Shown here one piece after another: positions 25,689 through 41,790 of a DNA stretch of 64,000 nt. Position 1 is the stretch's first letter; each line of letters opens with the position of its first letter. The notes under the pieces are model-generated. The model made no database searches. It was not told the DNA's origin and saw only the letters and a program-made list of their open reading frames with translations. The position numbers were made by a program, and so were the translations under genes. This DNA is from Mobula hypostoma. Taxonomy: Eukaryota. The stretch lies in assembly GCF_963921235.1 (NCBI RefSeq), contig NC_086097.1:216568001-216632000 (forward strand), in the 5' to 3' direction.

Positions 25689-26169
25689 CTAAATATAAGT
25701 ATATAGATATCAATTATGTGTAGATGAGTAATCATTTTATGCAAGCTTTAAAACTAAAATTTACACTTAATAATGATAGCATTCCTCGTGCACCTTTTAC
25801 TACAAAGAGCTGAGATATAATGCTTCAACTTTATCCACTTAAAACAAATTCTTGTATCTATTACAATATACTCCTCACAATAAAGGCCATAATTCTCAAA
25901 AAAACCAGAAATAAGGTGGCAAAAGTTTTCATTTCTGCTTGTAAAGCCCATGTAGTCAACATCCTCAGATCTACCTTCATCATCAGCTTCGTCACCTGCT
26001 CAAAAATCTCAATTAAGTCACAACTTGGCCTGCATAAAGCCAAGGTGACTGTTCCTAATTAGGCCACAGTTTTCCAAATGCTTACAGTCAGAGTAAATTT
26101 ATTATCAAAGTACATACATACTACCATATACTACCTCGTGTTTCATTTTCTTGCATGCTAACCCTAATA

Positions 26170-27550
26170 TTTCGTGTTAGACTCACCAATCTAGTTTCTG
26201 GAACTGCACCATTTCCCTTCTTAAATATCAAACAATATTAGCTACTCACCGATCCTCCGACACTTCTCCTATCACTAGAGGGGATTGGTCAAGGCTCCAA
26301 CGATCTCATCTCTTGCCTCTCAGTAACCTAGGGTATATCCTATCAGGCACTGGAAACTAATGCAACTTAAATGTTCTTTAAGAAACCCAACTCCACCTCC
26401 TTTATCTCAGATGCCGTAGGAAGTTAGCACACTCCACACTGATCTCCTTATCATCCGCATCCATCTTCTTGATAAAATCTCATGTAAAGTGCTCATTTAG
26501 GACATCACCCACATCCTGCACCTCCAAGCACATTCCATCCTTTATCTTGAGTGTCTCTACCTGTTCACCAACTATCCCCTTGTTCTGGTTGTATGTAGAG
26601 ATGATGATGAGATTCTCTTTAATCCTACTTTCCAAGGACATTTCATTCCCCCTCCTGGCTTTTCCAATTCCTCTCTGGAGTCCTTTTCTGGCTTCTTTAT
26701 AATCCGGAAGGGCTCAGTTCCATCTTAGTTTCCTACACTTTAAATGCATTTCCTTTCTCTTATTCAGTAAATTCACCACTTCTCTCAACATCCAAGGTTC
26801 CCTTACCCTGCCATCTATCTTCTTACTTAACCATATTGGCTTTGTATTCTGTGCTTTGGTCTTTAAATTCCTGCCATATGTCAAAATAGGATTTTGCCTA
26901 AAATCAGTTGTTTCCAATTAACTCTCCCTAGTTGCTGCCTAACACTCTCATAACATAGCCTTCTCTATTTCAATACTCTCCCACAAGGTTCATGCTTATC
27001 CTTTATCAATAGCGATCTTAAAACTTGAGCTGTGATCACTATTCCCTAACTGTCTGCCACTGAAAGGTCAGTAACTTGGTCTGGCCCATTACCTAATAAC
27101 GGCCCTTTCCCTTGTTGGACTATCAATATATTGATTTAAGCAACCCTCCTGGACGCATCTAACAAATTCTGCCCCACCTAAACCTCTTGCACAAAGATAA
27201 TCTCAGTCTATTAGGTAGGTTGAAGTCACCCAATACAACCCTGTTGTTTTTATACCTTTCCCTAATCTACCTGCATATCTGTTCCTTGATGTCCCAAAGG
27301 CTACTGGGGGGTTTCTACAGTATCATCACAGATACTATAGAACTTTTCCTATTCTTGAGACCTCTCCATATAATCTTCATTATGCCCCCTTTGAGTGCAG
27401 CAGTGATATTGTCCCCGATTAGTAATGGACTCCCAACACCCTCTCCCCTTTTTAACTTCTCTATCTTTTGAAAAATACTGAAATCTTGGAACATTAAGCA
27501 CCTATTCCTGTCTCTCTCTTGACGTATTGTGGCCACAACAGCAATATTCA
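26170..27550 (-). mobile_element. Highly decayed CR1 ORF2 fragment (endonuclease/linker)
   Basis: Recognisable GDFN, REPW and LNEHF-like segments on the minus strand. Confidence 0.65.
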
Positions 27551-27718
27551 ATGTATAAACACAAAGGAAGTTGCAAAACTGACAAAATGTTTATGATCAA
27601 GACATAACTGAAATGTTTATTAAATAGAATTCACTTAGAAATATGAAATTTTTTCTAAATTTCAGCCATGTAATGCATGCACTAATTAAAAATTATGAAA
27701 TGTAATCCAGATACACAC

Positions 27719-27810
27719 CTTTCCTCAATTGAAAAATGTGAAAATAATTTAGATTCATGAAGCACACACACTGCTGACCTCCAGTGATGGTTTTCTAACA
27801 CCGAGGTATT
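27719..27810 (-). CDS. PDE7A: PDE7A-like exon: [30 protein letters not shown](S)
   Basis: SVLENHH motif. Acceptor ctcag, donor gtgtgt, 92 bp, phase 0 to 2. Confidence 0.93.
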
Positions 27811-28440
27811 CTGAGAGTAAAGGAGAAAGAATTAGTGGCAAAAAAAAAATTTCCATTTTGTGTTACCTAACACCAAATCACACAAGAAACATTATAATAG
27901 GTGACCAAAGGTTTAGGTAAAGGGGCAGATTTTAAAGCGGGTTTGAAAGTAAAAGAAAGAAGAGGGGAGGATCATTTTAAGGAGAGAACTGAAGAGTTTA
28001 GGATGATGACACCTGAAAGCAAAGGCAAGTAGTCAAGTAATCTGTTGCAAGGATAAGAAGGAGGGCATGGGTATATCAAAGGATTATAGGACCTTGTTGA
28101 AATGGCACGGCTGGATAATACAAAGTTGAGAGTTTGCAAATAATTGTTTAACCAGGAGCCAAAGTAGATTGCTAAATCTCTTCTGAGGAACTTCATGGAA
28201 GTCTAAATTTTTCTTTCACAGGGGAACTATCATATCTTGGGAATTTAACTCTCCTTCGTGCCATTATGTTCTATGTTACTGTTACTTTGCTTGCATGAAT
28301 TGGAGACTCTCTATCTGTCATATGACCATATTGTTCTCTTCCTCAATTATAAACATTGATATAATTAAGCTGCTTATTTTCTACAACATTGCTTTCTGTG
28401 CTCCCCAAATACCCAGTTTTCCCTATTCGTGCTTCTTTAT

Positions 28441-29857
28441 TATAAGACCACAAGACACAGGAGCAGAATTAGGTCACCTAACCTATTGAGTCTGCTCCAC
28501 CATTCAATCATGGCTGATTCTTTCTTTTCTCCTCCTCAACCTCAGTTCCCAGCCTTCTCCACATAACCTTTGATGCCATGTCCAATCAAGAACCTACCAA
28601 TCTCTGCCTTAAATACACCCAACGACCTGGCCTCCACAGCTGCATGTGGCAACAAATTGCACAAATTCACCACCCTTTGGCTAAAGAAATTTCTCCGCAT
28701 CTCTGTTTTGAAAGGGCGCCCCTCTATCCTGAGGCTGTGCCCTCTTGTCCTAGACTCTCCCACCATTTGAAACATTCCTTCCACGTCTACTCTGTCCAGG
28801 CCTTTCAACATTTGAAAGGTTTCAATGAGATCCCCTTCATCCTTCCAAATTCCAGTGAGTACAGATGCAGAGCCAACAAACATTCCTTGTATGATAACCC
28901 TTTCATTCCTGGAATCATCCTTGTGAACCTCCTCTAGACCCTCTCCAATGCCAGCACATCTTTTCTAAGATGAGGGGCCCAAAACTGTTCACAGTACTCA
29001 AGGTGAGGCCTCACCAGTGCCTTATAAAGCCTCAGCATCACATCCTAACTCTTGTATTCTAGACCTCTTGAAATGAATGCATATGCCTTCCTCACCACTG
29101 ACTCAACCTGCAAGTTAACCTTTAGGGTGTTCTGCACAAGGACTCCAAAGCCCCTTTGCAACTCAGATTTTTGGATTTTCTCCCCGTTTAGAAATAGTCT
29201 ACACATTTATTTCTACTACCAAAGTGCATGACCATGTATTTTCCAATATTGTATTTCATTTGCCACTTTCTTGCCCATTCTCCTAATCCAAGTCCTTTTG
29301 CATCCTGCCCGTTTCCTCAACACTACTTGCCCCTCCACCAATCTTCATATCATCTGCAAACTTGGCAACAAAACCATCTATTCCATCATCTAAATCATGG
29401 ATATACAGCATAAAAAGAGTGGTCCCAACACCGACCCCCATAGAACACCACTAGTCACTAGCAGCCAACCAGAAAAGGATCCTTTTATTCCCGCTCACTG
29501 CCTCCTACCAATCAGCCAATGCTCTAACCATTAGTAACTTTCCTGTAATACCACTGGCTCTTAACTTGGTAAGCAGTCTCATGTGTGGCACCTTGTCAAA
29601 CGCCTTCTGAAAGTCCAAATATCCACTGCACTGCCTTTATCTATCCTACTTGTAATATCCTCAAAGAATTCCAACAGTTTTATCAAGTAGGATTTTCCCT
29701 GAAGGAAACCATGCTGACTTTGTACTATCTTGTCCTGTGTCACCAAGTGCTCCATCACCTCATCCTTAACAACTAGCTCTGACATCTTCTCAACCACTGA
29801 GGTCAGGCTAACTGGTCGAATTTCCTTTCTGCTGCCTTCCTCCTTTCTTAAAGAGTA
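28441..29857 (-). mobile_element. CR1 3' portion (RT to tail)
   Basis: SQHGF..KS.L..LLEFFE, GDLIETF..RGHSLR..FFSQRVVN, and an ataagacc tail. Confidence 0.88.
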
Positions 29858-30545
29858 GCTAATTATTGCTTCATCATATTAGCTACTTTTTCAATAGATC
29901 ATTATGACCTGATGTAATTATTGTATGCCTTGTTTTTGTTTTATGTTGTGCCCCAGTTTTAATATTTAGTCATCTGCAGGTTTTTTCTTTAAAGTGGTGC
30001 TCTTTTCTGAGCACAAACAGGCTCTGCAGAACATTAAATTGATTTTTGAACACCACTCATTTGCTGTCATTCAGAAATATGTCTAATTTATCCAGTCTGC
30101 TTCATTGCATGGGAATCTGATGTACCCAAGTATAACTTTAGTAGCTGCTTTATGATTTTCTTAACAGAACGAACACAAATAAAATCATTGTCAGATAAAT
30201 GCTCACATTGCAAGCTAAATCCAGCCTATTATTAAATCAATTAGATTGTAGGTTTCATGGTCAGCAAAACATTGTAGGCCGAAGGGCCTGTAATGTGCTG
30301 TAGATTTCTATGGTCTATTAAGACTATTTCCAAGTCATATTGTTGCACAAAATTTTATTGAAATATTCAATAAATTCACCATATTACTAATTTGAACGTC
30401 AGCTTATCTCAATCTATGCAAAAATTAAAATGTTTCATTAATATTATGTCTTTGCATATGGTTGTCCAACTTATTTGATTATATTTTGTCATCCTCTTAT
30501 TTACATAATAATTACATATAATGCCCTGGTTCATATTTCTTTCCC

Positions 30546-31121
30546 GTTATGCTGTATGTATTTCATTTTGCGCTGTTCTGTGTAAGCTGCTTGTTTTCAG
30601 CTTACGTTTGGGTTATTGTTGAAGACACGAGATGAGGAGAAATGTGTGCCATCCAATTAGGATGGTCGAATTGAAGGGGAAGTTTCTCTGGTGAGAGACA
30701 CTAAGGTTGGCTTGGGGTTTTTTTTGGTTCGAGGGATGAAGAGAGAAGATGCCAGAGGTTGTAGGATTGAACCCAGAGTGGGACAGTGATTCAACGAAGC
30801 CTGTGGTGAGATCGATTGAGGATCGGTGACTTGGGGAAACTGAGCTCCAACTTGTTTGACTGTTTCACTAAAATGGGCCCTTTTTTTTTGTTTTTTCTTT
30901 ACTAACCCTTTAGTCAAATTAAGAATTATAAAGATAAATCTTTTAATTCTATGCAATGTATTCTGTTATTTCTTGGCATTCATTTGTAGCAGGGTAGCAA
31001 ATTACACAATATCCACACAAACAGAGGGTTTGGGGTGGGCTCGCACCTCAATCTCACAAGTTTGGTGGGCCGGAGATTGTCCTCCCTAGACCTACACAGC
31101 CAAGGAAACCAAGGTGTTTCA
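30546..31121 (+). mobile_element. Probable decayed solo LTR
   Basis: The 3' part resembles the solo LTR at 60234-60938 (attacaca..atccacacaaac..gggct). No clean TSD seen. Confidence 0.4.
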
Positions 31122-31532
31122 TACATATAAGAGGATGCTTTGTAATAAAACACAAGGTTCCATAAACTTGAAGAATACTACTCCAAAAACAAAATACCTG
31201 ATCTACATATATGATAGGTATACTTCGAGATGCGTTCGGGAAGTCAATCAAAAACAGAGGTAATCACATGTGAGGCTCACATCATTGACATTCACTGTTT
31301 TACACAAGTACCTATTTTCCAACTGATTCAATACTTAGCTCTTACACCAGAGGGTGCTATATGCATATGATCTTCACAGTTACTATTGATGTTGATATAC
31401 AGTATATGGATTAGTTGTAGAGAATAATATGCAGAAGTTACACCAATGTCTCATTTACAACATACAAACTGTATTTGCATACCATGTTCTACAAGTGCAT
31501 AGTTCAATTAATGATACCGTGATTAGTGATAC

Positions 31533-34500
31533 CTTGAATTCGAAGAAGGAAGTCTGAGAATCTGAGTGGGAGTGCGGAGGAAGCCTTTTTTTTTTGAATT
31601 TTTCGTTTTTTTTCCATTGGCATTCAGAGAGGCGGGACTGCACAGGTGTGTGACGTCGGGCAGTGAAGCGTGGAAGATTTAAAAGGACAGAAATCCTGCT
31701 TTGGGTTTAATTCAAAGAAGGAAGTCTGAGAATTGGAGCGGGAGTGCGGAGAAAGCCTTTTTTTTTGAATTTTTCGGGTTTTTTTCCATCGGCCTTCAGA
31801 GAGGTGGGACTGCGCAGGCGTGTGACATCGGGCAGTGAAGCGCGGAAGATTTAAAAGGAACACAGCCTCATACAGCGGGCAGCGTAGCTTGCGGGCTACA
31901 GAGTGAGCCGGGAGCAGAGTGAAGGCTTAAGGGCTTCGGCTCAACGGGCTTAGGCGGAAACGGGCGAGGCGAGGAAGGTTTGGTATTCATTTTTTGTTGT
32001 TATTTGAGGAGAGGGGCAGTATGAGTGTGAGGGCAGTTAGTTGTTCTCGGTGCCGGATGTGGGAGGCCCTGAAGTCTCCAAGCCTCCCGGACGTCCACAT
32101 CTGCGCCAGGTGCGCCGAGATGCAGCTCCTAAGGGACCATGTTAGGGAACTGGAGCTGCAGCTCGATGACCTTCGTCTGGTCAGGGAGAGTGAGGAGTTG
32201 ATAGAGAGGAGTTACAGGCAGGTGGTCACACCGGGGCCAGGGGTGGCAGACAAGTGGGTCACGGTTAGGAGGGGGAAGGGGAAGAGTCAGGTAATAGAGA
32301 GTACCCCGGTGGCTGTGCCCCTTGACAATAGGTATTCCTGTTTGAGTACTGTTGGGGGGGACAGCTTACCCGGGGGAAGCGACAGTGGCCGTGCCTCCAG
32401 CACAGAGTCTGGCCCTGTAGCTCAGAAGGGTAGGGAAAGGAAGAGGAGGGCAGTTGTAATAGGGGACTCGATAGTAAGGGGGTCAGATAGGCAATTTTGT
32501 GGACGCAGTCCAGAGACCCGGATGGTAGTTTGCCTCCCTGGTGCCAGGGTTCGGGATATTTCTGATCGCGTCCAAGATATCCTGAAGTGGGAGGGTGAGG
32601 AGCCAGAGGTCGTGGTACATATAGGTACCAATGACATAGGTAGGAAAAGGGAAGAGGTCCTGAAAGGAGAATATAGGGAGTTAGGAAGGGAGTTGAGAAA
32701 AAGGGCCGCAAAGGAAGTAATCTCGGGATAACTGCCTGTGCCACGCAACACTGAGAGTAGGAATGCAATGAGGTGGAGGATAAATACGTGGCTGAGGGAT
32801 TGGAGCAGGGGGCAGGGATTCAAGTTTTTGGATCATTGGGACCTCTTTTGGCGCAGGTATGACCTGTACAAAAAGGACGGGTTACACTTGAATCCTAGGG
32901 GGACCAATATCCTGGCGGGGAGATTTGCAAGGGCTACTGAGGTGACTTTAAACTAGAATAGTTGGGGGGGTGAGAATTAAATTAAAGAGACTAGGAGAGA
33001 GGAGGTTAGTTCACAACAGGGGGATGGGAACAAGTGCAGAGAGACAGAGGGGTGTAAAATGAGGGTAGAAACAAAAAGCAGTAAGGTGATAAGTAAAAGT
33101 GGCAGGCCGGCAAATCCAGAGCAAAAATCAAAAAGGGCCACTTTTCAACATAATTGTATAAGGGCTAAGAGAGTTGTAAAAGCGCGCCTGAAGGCTTTGT
33201 GTGTCAATGCAAGGAGCATTTGTAACAAAGTGGATGAATTAAAAGTGCAGATTGTTATTAATGAATATGATATAGTTGGGATCACAGAGACATGGCTCCA
33301 GGGTGACCAGGGATGGGAGCTCAACATTCAGGGATATTCAATATTCAGGAGGGATAGACATGAAAGAAAACGAGGTGGGGTAGCATTGCTGGTTAGAGAG
33401 GAGATTAACACAATAGAAAGGAAGGACATTAGCCGGGAGGATGAGGAATCAATTAGAAATGTGTGCAATAAAGGAACAGCAGTTATAATGGGTGACCTCA
33501 ATCTACATATAGATTGGGCGAACCAAATTGGTAAGGGTAAGAGGATTTCTTGGAATGAATGCGGGATGGTTTTTTGAACCAACATGTCGAGGAACCAACT
33601 AGAGAGCAGGCTATTCTAGATTGGGTATTGAGCAATGAGGAAGGGTTAATTAGCAATCTTGTCGTGAGAGGCCCCTTGGGTAAGAGTGACCATAATATAG
33701 TGGAATTCTTTATTAAGGTGGAGAGTGACACAGTTAATTCAGAATCAAAGAAGGGTAACTTTGAAGGTATGAAACATGAATTAGCTAAGAAAGACTGGCA
33801 AATGACACTTAAAGGGTTGACGGTGGATATACAGTGGCAAGCATTTAAAGATCACATGGATGAACTACAACAATTGTTCATCCCAGTTTGGAAAAAGAAT
33901 AAATCAAGGAAGGTAGTGCACCCATGGCTGACAAGGGAAATTAGGGATAGTATCAATTCCAAAGAAGAAGCATATAAATTAGCCAGAAAAAGTGGCTCAC
34001 CGGAGGACTGGGAGAAATTCAGAGTCCAGCAGAGGAGGACAAAGGGCTTAATTAGGAAGGGGAAAAAAGATTCTGAGAGAAAACTGGCAGGGAACATAAA
34101 AACTGATTGTAAAAGCTTTTATAGATAGGTGAAAAGAAAAAATTTGGTTAAGACAGCCAGATGGTCTGCATCCCAGAGTGCTTATGGAAGTAGCCCAAGA
34201 AATAGTGGATGCATTAGTGATAATTTTTCAAAACTCTTTAGATTCTGGACTAGTTCCTGAGGATTGGAGGGTGGCTAATGTAACCCCGCTTTTTAAAAAA
34301 GGAGGGAGAGAGAAACCGGGGAATTATAGACCGGTTAGCCTGACATCAGTGGTGGGAAAAATGCTAGAGTCAGTTATCAAAGATGTGATAACAGCACATT
34401 TGGAAAGTGGTGAAATCATCGGACAAAGTCAGCATGGATTTGTGAAAGGAAAATCATGTCTGACGAATCTCATAGAATTTTTTGAGGATGTAACTAGTAG

Positions 34501-35728
34501 AGTGGATAGGGGAGAACCAGTGGATGTGGTATATTTGGATTTTCAAAAGGCTTTTGACAAGGTCCCACACAGGAGATTAGTGTGGAAACTTAAAGCACAC
34601 GGTATTGGGGGTAAGGTATTGATGTGGATAGAGAATTGGTTGGCAGACAGGAAGCAAAGAGTGGGAATAAATGGGACCTTTTGAGAATGGCAGGCAGTGA
34701 CTAGTGGGGTACCGCAAGGCTCAGTGCTGGAACCCCAGTTGTTTACAATATATGTTAATGACTTAGATGAGGGAATTAAATGCAGCATCTCCAAGTTTGC
34801 GGATGACACAAAGCTAGGCGGCAGTGTTAGCAGTGAGGAGGATGCTAAGAGGATGCAGCATGACTTGGATAGGTTAGGTGAGTGGGCAAATTCATGGCAG
34901 ATGCAATTTAATGTGGATAAATGTGAGGTTATGCACTTTGGCGGTAAAAACAGGAAAACAGATTATTATCTGAATGGTGGCCAATTAGGAAAAGCGGAGG
35001 TGCAACGAGACCTGGGTGTCATTATACAACAGTCATTGAAAGTGGGCATGCAGGTACAGCAGGCGGTGAAAAAGGCGAATGGTATGCTGGCATTCATAGC
35101 AAGAAGATTCGAGTACAGGAGCAGGGAGGTACTACTGCAGTTGTACAAGGCTTTGGTGAGACCATACCTGAAGTATTGTGTGCAGTTTTGGTCCCCTAAT
35201 CTGAGGAATGACATCCTTGCCATAGAGGGAGTACAAAGAAGGTTCACCAGATTGATTCCTGGGATGGCAGGACTTTCATACGATGAAAGACTGGATCGAC
35301 TAGGCTTATACTCATTGGAATTTAGAAGATTGAGGGGGGATCTTATTGAAACATATAAAATCCTAAAGGGATTGGACAGGCTAGATGCAGGAAGATTGTT
35401 CCCGATGTTGGGGAAGTCCAGAACGAGGGGTCACAGTTTGAAGATAAAGGGGAAGCCTTTTAGGACTGAGATGAGGAAAAACTTCTTCACACAGAGAGTG
35501 GTGAATCTGTGGAATTCTCTGCCACAGGAAACAGTTGAGGCCAGTTCATTGGCTATATTTAAGAGGGAGTTAGATATGGCCCTTGTGGCTAAAGGGATCA
35601 GGGGGGTATGGGGGTGGAAGGCTGGTACAGGGTTCTGAGTTGGATGATCAGCCATGAACATACTGAATGGCGGTGCAGGCTCAAAGGGCCGAATGGCCTG
35701 CTCCTGCACCTATTTTCTATGTTTCTAT
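31533..35728 (+). mobile_element. Near full-length CR1 LINE (tandem 5' UTR, ORF1, ORF2 with stops and deletions), antisense in a PDE7A intron
   Basis: TSD GTGATAC at 31526-31532 and 35729-35735. Endonuclease and RT ORF pieces at 33059-35638. (TTTCTATG) tail. Confidence 0.93.
32021..32956 (+). pseudogene. CR1 ORF1 (CxxC/CxxC zinc finger, coiled coil, SGNH esterase) with one premature stop at 32729-32731
   Basis: MSVRAVSCSRC..CARC..LELQLDDL, plus GDS, GTND and DGLH esterase blocks, all in one frame. Confidence 0.88.
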
Positions 35729-36449
35729 GTGATACGAAGAATACACAGACTTTTGGGTCAGGAAGGAAAACACGAACTGCACATATCTTCTTATGCTCTT
35801 AAGTCTTTTCTACACAACTTTAAACCAAATCTGGGATCATATTTAAAAATCAGTCAAGGATAATATCTACTTTACTTTAATTTAGCTGTATCCAAGCGTA
35901 TTCATAAATTTTTACCATCACATTGAATTCAGTGGCAGGTACATCTTTGTGATACGTCCCTCGAATCTCACCTGCTCATCCCTCACAGCACCTGGTTCTG
36001 AGGTGATGTTGTGGGTTTTCAGGTGCATTGACACACTGTGCTCTTCCCGGTTGTCATCATTCCTCTCCTCCTGCCCCTACTGTAACTACGTCCTGTCAAG
36101 TCCTCCCATCCCCCACACATCTTCCATCTCCTGCACCATGGCTTCCATGTTCCTTTGCAAGGTTTAGTTTCTCCACCTCTACTGTAGCCACTCTCTATCA
36201 TGGAAGCCATGATTGTTAGGTTTTGACACTTTCTGACATTGGTGGTGAGGAAAGTTTCCCAGCTGCATTACATTGAGCTGGATCCTGTTTTGGCTCACGA
36301 CTCCATAAGTAAAGGATTGGGTTTTAGTGCACGGTGGAACACGAAGGATAAAATCCAGTTTCTTGGTAACTAATTCTTCACTTACATAGCTTTTTTTTAG
36401 TCACAAGACAATGAATTTTGGCTCTTAAGCAAATTCAATCAATACTTAC

Positions 36450-36581
36450 CTTGTATAAACTTGCTAGGTAGTGACTGGTTTTGATTAGGAAAGGCTGGTT
36501 AACACCAGGATGATCCATGTCATGTGTGGCAGCTCCTAGCAAACCCACCAGAATATCCCATGGAGAAATAGACTTCGCAAA
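36450..36581 (-). CDS. PDE7A: PDE7A-like exon: [44 protein letters not shown]
   Basis: HDxDHPG metal-binding PDE signature. Acceptor aaag, donor gtaagt, 132 bp, phase 0 to 0. Confidence 0.95.
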
Positions 36582-36683
36582 CTTTAAAGGAAAAGACAGT
36601 CATGCATTTAAGCAAGAATAACTAAAATAGAAATGCTGAATTGTGATATTTTACAAATCAGCATAAACAACCAGCATAAACAC

Positions 36684-36967
36684 GACAGAATCTGTAGATG
36701 TTGGAAATCCAAGCAATACACAAAACGTTGGGGGAACTCAGCAGACTAGGCAGCATCTTTGGAAAACAGCAAACAGTTAATGTTTTGGACCGAGACCCTT
36801 CATCATAGGGTTGGGGGAAAAAAAAATGAGAAGTCAGGGTCACTTACTCTGACTTCTCATTTTTTCCCTCCAGTCCAGGTGAAGGGTCTTGGCTTGAAAT
36901 GTTGACTGTTTGCTCTTTTCCATTGATGCTGCCTGACCTGGCAAGTTCCTCCAGCATTGTGTATGTT
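36684..36967. mobile_element. Palindromic Penelope pseudo-LTR element with 10-bp TSD GCATAAACAC
   Basis: Inverted arms ~36713-36840 and 36846-36969. TSD at 36674-36683 and 36968-36977. Confidence 0.8.
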
Positions 36968-38335
36968 GCATAAACACACTGGCCTGGATCTTATGAAAGA
37001 TTATCAGCACTATAATTCATTTACTTATGAAGCAAATTGATTAGCAAACTGCACTATCCACAAATCTGTGTATAGATGTCATTTCACGAGTTTGACTCGT
37101 GCTCCTCTGCAAACCTCACTCTATGGGTGCCTTGCAGAGAGATTAAAGACATTGAAAAGTGAAAATGCAGTACTTGCCCACTACACATGGTCTAAAAAGT
37201 TGGTGCAGCCCTTTTGCTTGCCCGAGCTCATTCTTTCCCCTTATCCTTTCTAACTCACCACATCACTCTTACGCAGTTTTTCATTTAATTAAATATTCTC
37301 ATTTATAATTATTAGTTTAGATTCTGCTTCATGAGGGTTGTTACAAGCTGCTTAAGAACATACATCATTGCTTTCTTTACTGTACTATAAACATATTTCC
37401 CCACAGTCCCTAGTTATTGTCACCAGTCAAACATCCACAGGTTACCTGTGAGTAGCTGTAGCTGATTGAATGATAGGCATCAGTCCGGCATGGCTGAAGC
37501 TCATTAATTACATCTAACCTTTTCATAACCAGTGTACTGTTTACATTTATTTTAAGTGTTGGTAAATTGCATTATTTTTTAAATTGCTGTAAGGCCAATA
37601 AGTTTCCAATTTTATTTAATTCATTGAAAGAAATATACAGTATGTCACAATAACTAAATGACTAGGTTTAATTGCAAGGAGAAACTAAATGTTACATTTT
37701 CACAATTACACATATACTTTACAAATCTACGTCATTCTTCTCACTCCAAAAGCACGAGGGCCGTACTTGTCCTCAAAACAGTGCAGGAATACTAGTGTCT
37801 GTAATTTTGAGGTACAAAAGGCATTTCTAACAGTGTGCTAAATCACTGAAAAAGTACCAGGATTTTCATCTTTTATGTGCAGTCCAATTCCTTTAAAGTG
37901 TTACACAAATGAACTACATACGGTAGGTCTAAACCATCAGCAGCAACTTTAAGATCTGTATTCTGCAGAGCAGCATCCAGGGATATTTCTACTCCTAAAA
38001 CTTGGTGTGAAAGGTCAAAATAAAGCATAGTCCATCAACTGCAATGATTGCTTATTTAAAGCACAAAGTGACAATTATATTTATCTATTCAATTAATTAT
38101 TTTCCTCCATCATATGATCTGCTGTATCCAAAACTCAGTGATTATCTTGGTAGGATAAATCGATTCAACGCTATTTACTTGCCTCCAAAATGGTCAAGTC
38201 AAATCTTTCAGCAATACAAAATTTCTTCTGTTCACCCCTACCTCATTTCCTTCCCAGATGTTAAAAAAGTGAATAAAGGCAATGGGGCAGGGCATGCAAT
38301 GTTTAAATACTGAATAAGAATCTATCTATGCGCAC

Positions 38336-40872
<2,537 letters not shown>

Positions 40873-41336
40873 AATTTAAAAAAATAAAATTTTGATTAGT
40901 ACCAAATGTACAAGTATTAGATAACACAATGAAAGAGATGTTTTGAGATGTTTTGATATGATTTAGTGATAAAATCTGAATATAAATGTGATGAGGTGAT
41001 AACATTTATGAGCAACTCAGATCAGAGGAAATGCAAAATGCCTTAAAGAGTATTTGATACAGAATTAAATTAACAAAAAAAATCAATGTCTTTACATTCC
41101 TTTCGCATTAACATTTTGCATTCCTTTCTCCAGACCCACAGTTATATTCCTCTTCCATTTTTGAATTTTAATTTTATTCCAAGCTCTGATGAAGTCAATG
41201 AACTGTAATGTTAACAATTTCTCTCCACTTTTGATGCCTGACTTGCTGGTATTTCTCTTATTTTCTGTTTATATTTCATTATTCCATACTGACAGCTGAC
41301 ACAATGAATCTGTAATTTCAAGCTAATTACCGTATA

Positions 41337-41790
41337 CAGTGGATTCCAGATAATTAAGCCATCAGTTAAATTGGGGCAGCCACTAATTTTTGACAACTCT
41401 TTAAAAAACAAAAGACAATCGAGAAAATAACAATGACTCCCTTCGTTTACTCGGGACAACATGCCACTTAATTAGGACAGAGACTGTTGCCGAACAGTAT
41501 CTAAGAAGCATTAGTCGTGCACACTTGTGTTACTGTTAAGACACTGCACTGTGCTTAGAGTGAACAGTGTTTGTTGTGCGTGTGTTTGTCACTGTCACTG
41601 ATAGTTGGTGAGAAATAAGCAGCAAGACAATTCAGAACAGTTTTGCTCACTGGTTTCAAGCATTCAGGCTTGCAGATACCAGAAGTGGCCAGGAGTGAAA
41701 ATGAAACAATATCAGAACTTCAACCAGTCAGGAGTTATGAAGAATTTGAAGATATAGACAATCATCCTCAACGTTGCAATGAAAATGAAG
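41337..41790 (+). mobile_element. Left half of a TA-flanked Tc1/mariner-superfamily (Tigger-like) MITE
   Basis: TA followed by CAGTGGATTCCAGATAATT. Colinear with the related MITE at 62726-63287. Confidence 0.8.

Noticed and set aside
33059..33061. ATG at 33059 (and at 57716) as the ORF2 start codon
   Set aside because: The intact young copy has GTG at the position equivalent to 33059, and the two ATGs are at different positions in decayed copies. They are not conserved starts, although non-AUG initiation cannot be excluded from sequence alone.
35945..36400. GC-richer segment that may be an old LINE fragment (likewise ~23480-24000)
   Set aside because: Too decayed to assign to a family by eye.
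37446..37513. Possible poison cassette exon on the minus strand (ttag|ATGTAA...CAG|gtaac)
   Set aside because: The donor is plausible but the acceptor has no polypyrimidine tract. No support without RNA or conservation data.
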